In this document: positions 55,900-63,742 of the stretch, piece after piece
Numbering within the stretch: position 1 is the first letter of the stretch
Layout of the letters: each line of letters begins with the position of its first letter
NCBI RefSeq assembly: GCF_001194135.2
Contig: NC_068982.1
Coordinates: forward strand, 24,559,507 to 24,623,248
Length of the DNA: 63,742 nucleotides
From: Octopus bimaculoides
Taxonomy: Eukaryota
Reading direction: 5' to 3'
Notes under the pieces: generated by a model
Seen by the model: the letters and a program-made list of their open reading frames with translations, nothing else
Database searches by the model: none
Told to the model about the DNA's origin: nothing
Made by a program: the position numbers and the translations under genes

Positions 55900-58800
55900 G
55901 CATTACGTAGCGTAATTGTACATATGTACCACATTATGTTTTATAAAAAGGGACTGCGTGTAGTTTGAGAGAAATGGAAATCAGTGAATGTATGGCACTT
56001 TACAACCGCTGTCAGAAGTATTTTTCTTAACAGATGTTATCTTATGTAAGAGTGAACGTATTTCTCTCTTGTTACTCGTCCAATGAAACTAAAGGCATTA
56101 TGTGCATAATTCAATATAGAAATGAGTATGCTTATATATTTGCTTTGAAATATACTTCGCATTCCATCATAATATCGATAAAGTGTGGGGTTTTTTTGCG
56201 ATTTTAATGAGTGATTTGACTTAGCTTTGAAATAGCGGTGACAATAGTAACATTTATTAATCGTGTCATGTTCTGACAAATGAATATCTGTGAGTCTATC
56301 TTATTTATAATAATTTGTTTTTCTTGCCTAATAACAATTTTTTCAATCACTGTATTTTAGATAAAATCTACAACAAAATCTTCATAGTGCCACACTTATC
56401 GACTCAGGATAAATGCTAAAGCATAAAATAAATTACAGATTACGAAGACAGATAAGCTGGCCATCTGTTCCCAGAATACTAATTTACAATGGCATCGATA
56501 AAGAGATATACTTAAAAGCGAAAACCTGAGGTATAAGGAAAATAGGTGTAAGCAGAACTGTATTTTATATAGTAAAATTGATGGCTATGCGAAGAGTATT
56601 GTCTTTTACTTTAGCTTCCAAGATAAAATATGCTGTATTTCTACTAATCCAATGAGTAATAAGAAAATGAATTTATAGAAGAGAAGGTGAGTTAAGTTTG
56701 TCCTTTTAGAGATCCCTTTCCATGAGGAATGTGACACTTGTTTTCCTGAAATTTGTAACAGGTACATATCAAGTGTTTCATCACATACGAAATTGAATAA
56801 ACTATAAATTATTCAGCGAGAAACATTTGACACTCATGGTTGGGAGGGGAGGGGGGATACATTTTTCTTAAACAACAAAGGTAAAACAAAACATACCGTT
56901 AGTATTACTGACCCCAGCACATTTCAATTAGGCAGCTTACAGTTTACATTGAATCGCTACAATTGCTTCGCACGAGCGAATAAATGCCCGATGAAAAGTA
57001 TTATTCGTTAGAGTAGAAAGGATGAATGCAGATGGTCGTATGATTATAAAGATCATTATAAAGTCATAACTTTAAATTGCCTAATCAAAACCTTATGTGG
57101 ACATGCTTTAGAAACGCTGTTAAAACGTATTTAACTGTGTTTCCCAGACGTTGGTCCTTGAAATATTAACCATGTAAAGTAAAGTACTAATAATATGCAA
57201 GAACTTCATGAATAACGTTAACAATTCTCGAGGTATTCTGAAGAAATCAGCAAAGCTGTAACTCTTATCATATATCCCGATATGATTAAATGAATTGATA
57301 GTCTATAATTCTACCTTGCGCTAAAAACTTAAGCGAATATTCCAATAGAAGCTAAATGCAAATATCAGTCTATGTGAGCAGAATCAATTATATTTTTCTA
57401 TAGATGTAGATTGTTCTAAAATAAAGTCTACAACCACTGTTATAAATGCTATACGGATTACCTCTAAACTCATTATGAGTTTGGAATCGAAAAAAGAACA
57501 TGTTTTCCAAATATATTAAATAAGAAGGAATTCGAAGTAGGCTAAAAGATATGTATATCTGAGATATACATCTAAGACCCATATGCAAAATCTAAAAAAA
57601 AAAAGCTAGTCGTGGTACATCTCTCGTAAATAAAGGATTATCTTATGAGGATGTATAGTGATATTCGATTTATAATTATTACAGCAAAAAATGTAATGTT
57701 TGCAGCGTTTCAAAAATATTCTCAAGTGTACACTATGTGAATTATGAATTAAACAGGAAAACTGTGATATCTACGATTTTCTTCACAATATAACACCTAA
57801 AAGTGACACGAAAAAGTTATATTTAACATGAATAATGTGTAATAAAAGTACAACGCAACAAACAAATTATTATAATATACAAAACGTATTATAATGTTAT
57901 CAAATCCAAATACTCTTTTCTCCTTTCAACCTAGCCAGTTGAGAGGAAATCATGAATAGAAAGGTAGACTAGATACAAATAAGCGTAGATATCATATTGA
58001 TGCTACGGAGTAGCATGCTATGCTAAAGGAAATTTAACAAAGTTCAAATGGATAAAGAAAATATCACCGCGGGTTATGAATCCAGCACGTGAAGCACACA
58101 CTGAAGGATATTTTTTTGTTTTGTTCATAATTACATCTCCCCACTAAAACCTCTCATACAGATATATTGTAGAAGTATTTAAAAATTAACAGCAGAATAT
58201 GTGACAACTGATGAGAAGTAATCTAATGCTGGTTGTGTTTGCCCAGTCTTTGCAAATCTCGACAAGTTATTTTTCTCAAGGAAATCAGAGAAGGAATTGC
58301 TTGTTTATCCTAGCAGAAATCATGTATTTTTGAAAGAAATAAGACAGCTATTCAAATACATGAAAATAACCAGAATGAATGGAATGGAAAGCGGGCTTTC
58401 TTTCTAAACCTGTTCTTTTGATGCTCAAGAAAGTGTATTTGCATAGGCAAACAAAGAAAATTGCTTGGAAGTAATTAGAAGAAATCGTGAAAAATGATAA
58501 TCAAACTTGGTGGATTTATATACACATAGCTTTCAGAAAACAATAATAGTAGATATATGCATGGTTAACCCGCTTTAAGGACACTCGGCAATATATTGTT
58601 TCCTCGAAAACAAAGAATACGAATGAAATCAATAGCAGTTTCAATAGTCAGCGAAATCAGTTTTCATTCTAATAGAGCCTTTTCACTTAATCAAACCTTA
58701 GGAAGCAAAAAATGTGAGAAATTATAAACTGCATAAATGTAATATATAATGGAAACCATATTTCTTTAAACAATAAACAAATAAGTAGTCAACATTTTAA

Positions 58801-59129
58801 AATAATACATAATTATTAGTAAAATCTTAAAGGGAATATCGTACATGTTGACGCGTGGAAATAGGTGTATTTCGAGTAGAATAATTAATTTGAATCAAGT
58901 AAAAAGTGCTCCAAGAGATAAAACTGGAAGGCACATATATACACATGAATCAAAGTAGAGCGGGAGGTGTGAATATTAATGAAAAGTATTCCACAGAAAC
59001 AAATATTATAAGGTATGCTAGAAGAAAAAATAATAATATCAAATGCCTAAAATATCAACCAGAGGGAAAATTAGATGGCAATACGTTAAACACAGTCGGC
59101 AAGCAAGATATTTTTTGGACTGGAAAATA

Positions 59130-59357
59130 TTGGGTTGTCCGGAAAGTTCGCGCCGATTTATAGTAGCATATCTTTCGACTTATTTGCCATGAAACCACCT
59201 CAATTCTGGGATGAGGGTATTTTCAAGTTAAAGGAAAGATGGAGACGCATTCTGCAACAAAATTGTTCATATTTGGTTGATTAAAAATGCAATGGCAAGT
59301 ATTTATTGACCTTTTTCTTCCCTATAAAAATCGGCACGAACTTTCCGGACAGCCCAA
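59130..59357 (+). mobile_element. Internally deleted mariner element (228 bp)
   Basis: 30-bp TIRs TTGGGYTGTCCGGAAAGTTCGYGCCGATTT with 2 mismatches, TA on both sides. Internal FWDEGIFKLKERWRRILQQNCSYLVD* matches the mariner transposase C-terminus. Confidence 0.92.
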
Positions 59358-60901
59358 TACTTATTATCTAGTGGAAAGGCCTATCATATACTTGTGAAAT
59401 ATAGTAAGAAATACTGTAGTTGGAGCGGACGATATTATGGAATAAACCAAAAGAATATCAGAATTTTGCACAATTCAGGCATGGAGCTTATCGCACAAAT
59501 AGCCACGTAGTCATTATACCCATATTGTGCACCTAGTAGGCACATACCGTTAATTCACACTGGTACCCATTAGGCATATTTCGCTATGAAAACCAGCTGC
59601 CAATATGCAAGTAAAAAGAAAGACTCCTTGGCATAGTTGAGATTAATTGCTATGCATATAGGATTGGTTCTACGCTCTTAGATATGGAGATAATACATAT
59701 ATATTTAGAATTTCCCTTACAAACGCATTTCGTTTAACATATTATATTTCACTGAACGTCAATTGTATTGTTACAATGCAAATAGATTTTAATTAAAAAG
59801 TGCTCTATATTCATTAGAATATGCCCCCGAGATTCCGTAAAAGCTTTGCACTTTCGAATAGCACTAGTCTCATTAAATTATTTCTTCTATGGAACAACTA
59901 ATGAGTTATAAATTTAACGCAAGTTGGAAATCCCGATCTTCATAAAATAAAATAGAGCATCATAGAAAATTTAGAAATTGTAGTTGATCACAATATAGAT
60001 GATTGACAGCCAAACATGACTTAACAATGAGGAAGCAATAAACATTAAAATGAAGGTAGCTATCACACACTTATTTACAAAAGTACAAACATCAACATTC
60101 TTAGGCAAAATAATATATACAGTAGCCTCACAAAGGAAAGTGATCAAGAATATGTATTACTTTTATTGCTTCTCCTATATTAGCGGTTATTTTCCATTTG
60201 TTTAGTAATTTCTGACGAAGAAGTGACACTTATATTGTGCTTTAGTAATGTAATCTTTGTTTTAAATATTCTGTTTCCATTTCTGATATTGTCTCCAATT
60301 GCGAACGCACCTCTCGTTAGCTAGTTACTCGGGGTTCGGTGATAAATCCGAGAGTGGGTCAGTTTTTTTTTTAAGTCTATAAAAATATCCTGCTTATAGT
60401 CACTTTCGTGTGTATACATACAATAGAAACACATTCCTCTCGTGTCCGTTAGGGCCATTTTACATTACTTTGCAACAATCGATGAGTAACGTACGGCCCA
60501 ATATGTACATTCTCATCATTTTCATTGGAAACCCTTTCTTATGTTGGAGATTTGGCGCGCTAGATGTTTTCATGGTTTTTGTACAATGAATTCAATGAAT
60601 AGTTTTCTTGTATATTTCTCGTGGGCTAAATAACGCTTATACAATTGAATTTTTTTTCATTTATTGTGTTTCAAGGAGGAGTGCGGAGAACTGTCCTCCG
60701 GTGATTCTGTTCGGGCATGTATTCAAAATATTGGACGTTATAAATACTTAATTACATCATATAAATGCATGAAATATATGAATATATTTTAATGAGTATT
60801 ATGCGTAAGTGTGTTCGAACATCTTATCAGTTTTTTCTCGATGTTATTGATTACATTTCAGAGTAAAATTTCATCGTTTTCGCATGTGATACGGCTCTCA
60901 A

Positions 60902-60902
<1 letters not shown>

Positions 60903-60932
<30 letters not shown>

Positions 60933-61074
60933 CTTCTTCTTCTTCTTCTTCTTCTTCTTCTTCTTCTTCTTCTTCTTCTTCTTCTTCTTCTTCTTCTTCT
61001 TCTTCTTCTTCTTCTTCTTCTTCTTCTTCTTCTTCTTCTTCTTCTTCTTCTTCTTCTTCTTCTTCTTCTTCTTC
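60903..61074. repeat. Perfect (CTT)n/(GAA)n tract, ~57 units
   Basis: Direct reading; source of the poly-F/poly-K ORFs. Confidence 0.98.
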
Positions 61075-61099
61075 AGATATATGAAAAACACATCCACAA

Positions 61100-61900
61100 A
61101 CATTTTTGAGTCATTTGGAATTGGAAAAAGAAAATCTAACAAAGAATTCATAAAGCCATGTACGTTAGAAACAAAGCACTGTGACAAATAAATTCTAAAG
61201 CAACGAAATTCTAATAAGGACATGGTCAAAACTGGATAAAGAGCTATGTATAGAATAATCTGAAAACAGATATTTTGAACACTAATATAAACAGAATTGT
61301 AATCGATAGAATATATTTCTTTAGACTAACAACAATCAACTCCAAGAAATATTGCTTATGGATGGAAAAAAAAGAACAATGCAAAACACAAACAGCGCAA
61401 CATATGCAACGATCTACCTAAATCAATTAACCTATATGTTAGCCTCATTAGTCAGCAAAGAAATTGGGTATATTCTCCAAGTTTGCCAAATCATAACATC
61501 TAAAGAAAAGCAAACGAGATGGAAAGCGGTAAAACCAGAATGATAACCACAATAAAAGAAAAGATCTCTTGATCCTTAATGATATTGAAAAAAAAAATGC
61601 TATAACGATATAAAATTACAAAGAAATACCCGAAATATAAGTTCCATTGAGGCAAGTAAATGCAAAGAAACCGATGTATTAAAAATTATCATCGCTTCTC
61701 TTAACAGCATAAACAATAATATTTCAAAAGAATTAGGTTAAGATATAATAGAATCCCATGCATCGCCAACATCAAGAGAAATATTAGACGTTTGTTAGAC
61801 GTATTTTTCACTGATTAAACGGGAAATAAACAAAACCTGACTGTAGACAAAAACCTAACTGCAGACCAATCAATTTGGAAATAACTCACAATTTTAAGCA
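61100..61900 (+). mobile_element. Possible very old PLE/LINE RT remnant
   Basis: A-rich strand; SLVSKEIGYILQ and IIASLNSINNNISKELG*DIIE weakly resemble the PLE RT SxFIDxxLKP and SLYTNIPHELG segments. Confidence 0.25.
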
Positions 61901-62262
61901 TCTTCTAGATACAGCGTACAATTTATACCAAACACAATTCACAAAGTAGTGTGTATATAAGTGATACTGAATACTAATCCTTCTTTTAAACGATATTGCT
62001 AATCAGCCTTGTTGCATTAAAATTTTAAATGTCAGAATTGCTAAAAATTGTAAATTACTAGCTAGGATGGTATTGTGAAGGATTATGCAAAACTTAGAAT
62101 GCAATGCGGATGAAATTTGCAACGTAGTACGCCCAATACAATTCCAGCAAATCTGAAAGCATGATTACATTAGTAATGATGATAACAACAACAGCAACAA
62201 CAAGAACAGCAGCAATAATAATAATAATGACTGTTCTGCTATTCTTTGATAAGTGCATCTTA

Positions 62263-63024
62263 GGATCTTTTTTAAAACGGGGGCCACATTTTTCATTAAT
62301 GTTTTACGTAGTGTTTTTGGTACCGAAAGACTTTCAAACTTCGTATACTTATATATTTTGTGTTATAGAACAGAAAAATATTTTTGTATTCGAATTTATT
62401 TCATGTCAAAAATTGTCTTATTTCGATAATTTCAACCAATCACTGACAAGTATTCAGTTGTTTGCATTTACTCCTTTGGCTGATTAAGCGGTATAAAGCG
62501 TATTTAATTTCCATTGCTTCGTTTTGCTTTTTTCTTTTTAAATTTGCTGTTTTACCCTAACCCTAACCCTAACCCTATCACCGATAGAATTGTTTCAGAA
62601 TCGTTTGTTTATGTAGTCGGCACTTAATGTATATCGGCTGAATGGACGTCAGTGATTGGTTGAAATTACAGAAATACGACAACTTTAACANNNNNNNNNN
62701 NNNNNNNNNNNNNNNNNNNNNNNNNNNNNNNNNNNNNNNNNNNNNNNNNNNNNNNNNNNNNNNNNNNNNNNNNNNNNNNNNNNNNNNNNNNNNNNNNNNN
62801 NNNNNNNNNNNNNNNNNNNNNNNNNNNNNNNNNNNNNNNNNNNNNNNNNNNNNNNNNNNNNNNNNNNNNNNNNNNNNNNNNNNNNNNNNNNNNNNNNNNN
62901 NNNNNNNNNNNNNNNNNNNNNNNNNNNNNNNNNNNNNNNNNNNNNNNNNNNNNNNNNNNNNNNTGTGCCAAGTTTCAAAGTGTTTCGTTAATGAAAAATG
63001 TGGCCCCCGTTTTAAAAAAGATCC
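62263..63024. mobile_element. MITE with perfect 37-bp TIRs and 8-bp TSD (Merlin-like: GG termini, 8-bp TSD)
   Basis: TIR GGATCTTTTTTAAAACGGGGGCCACATTTTTCATTAA at both ends; TSD GCATCTTA at 62255-62262 and 63025-63032; contains (CCCTAA)3-4 and an N gap. Confidence 0.92.
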
Positions 63025-63032
63025 GCATCTTA

Positions 63033-63332
63033 GCCTTCCTTAGCATTTTTTTCTGTCAATTTGACTTTCTCCATCTTCCTGCAATCTTGTTCGAAACCGT
63101 TCTCTCTCTGTTTAGAAAAAGGAACTGCCGCTGTTGTTGTTTTATTGCTTGACGTTGGTGGCGTTGGTAGTGGTGGTGGTGGTGGTGTTGACGGTGTTGG
63201 AGACAATGGTGGAGGCCCTGCACTCGTCATTAAAAAGAATATATTACTCGTGCTGCTGCTTCTGTTGTTGCTGTTGTTGTTGGTGATGGTAATGGTGCTG
63301 CTGCTGTCGTCTTTGCTTCGTTTCTTGACCAC
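63033..63332 (-). mobile_element. Possible LINE ORF1 start with Ser/Asn/Pro low-complexity leader, interrupted by the MITE
   Basis: MVKKRSKDDSSS..PPPPPLPTPPTSS..KQRENGFEQDCRKMEKVKL has the same architecture as 14575-14844. Confidence 0.25.
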
Positions 63333-63584
63333 ATTAAATAGTTCTGGGGGAAAATGTCAAAGCCATTCTTAAAACAGTAAATTTGCACTACATAAATTTT
63401 AAAATTCGCACTCAAAAGGTAAATTGTCGGCACCCAGGTGACCCCACTTGTAGCGAGATGCATTACTTAGTTAACAGTTCCAAAAATTGGGGATACGAAA
63501 TAATAAAACAAAACATTTCAAAGAAAACTTACGAGCTCCGAACACACATTCTCATGCTCCAGATACAAACAATATCATTTACAC

Positions 63585-63585
<1 letters not shown>

Positions 63586-63647
<62 letters not shown>

Positions 63648-63699
63648 CAGTAGTAGTAGTAGTAACAACAACAATAATAATAATGATGATGATGATAAA

Positions 63700-63742
<43 letters not shown>
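63586..63742. repeat. Compound (TAG)n/(AAC)/(GAT)/(AAT)n microsatellite
   Basis: Direct reading. Confidence 0.97.

Noticed and set aside
58900-59120. RTE LINE 3' fragment (KYQPEGK)
   Set aside because: A single short motif is too weak to call.

Overview
AT-rich, microsatellite-dense eukaryotic draft scaffold with many N gaps. The repeat families resemble cephalopod (Octopus-type) SINEs/LINEs; this is recognition from memory, not a database search. I found no host protein-coding gene I can support. Most long ORFs in the track are microsatellite or N-gap artefacts, and the recognisable coding remnants belong to decayed transposons. These are Penelope-like elements (PLEs; two long RT remnants plus shorter ones), R4/Dong-type RLE LINE fragments sitting in (TAA)n tracts, two Helitron fragments (Rep N-terminus on +, PIF1 helicase on -), tRNA-derived SINEs, a deleted mariner, a Merlin-like MITE with 37-bp TIRs and an 8-bp TSD, a TTAA-flanked element with 168-bp TIRs, and a fold-back element. 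The most interesting signal is non-coding: six minimal type-I hammerhead-ribozyme-like motifs from five sequence families, with palindromic helix III (ACGT, ATAGCTGT as a decayed ACAGCTGT, ATCGCGAT, ATCGATCGAT) as expected for dimer-cleaving PLE ribozymes. One family has U at core position 6 in both copies. Also notable are a tRNA-head + (TAA)n + Dong 3'-end arrangement that looks like a SINE in the making, a head-to-tail chain of TAA-targeting elements, and a possible repeat-mediated inversion splitting a Helitron.
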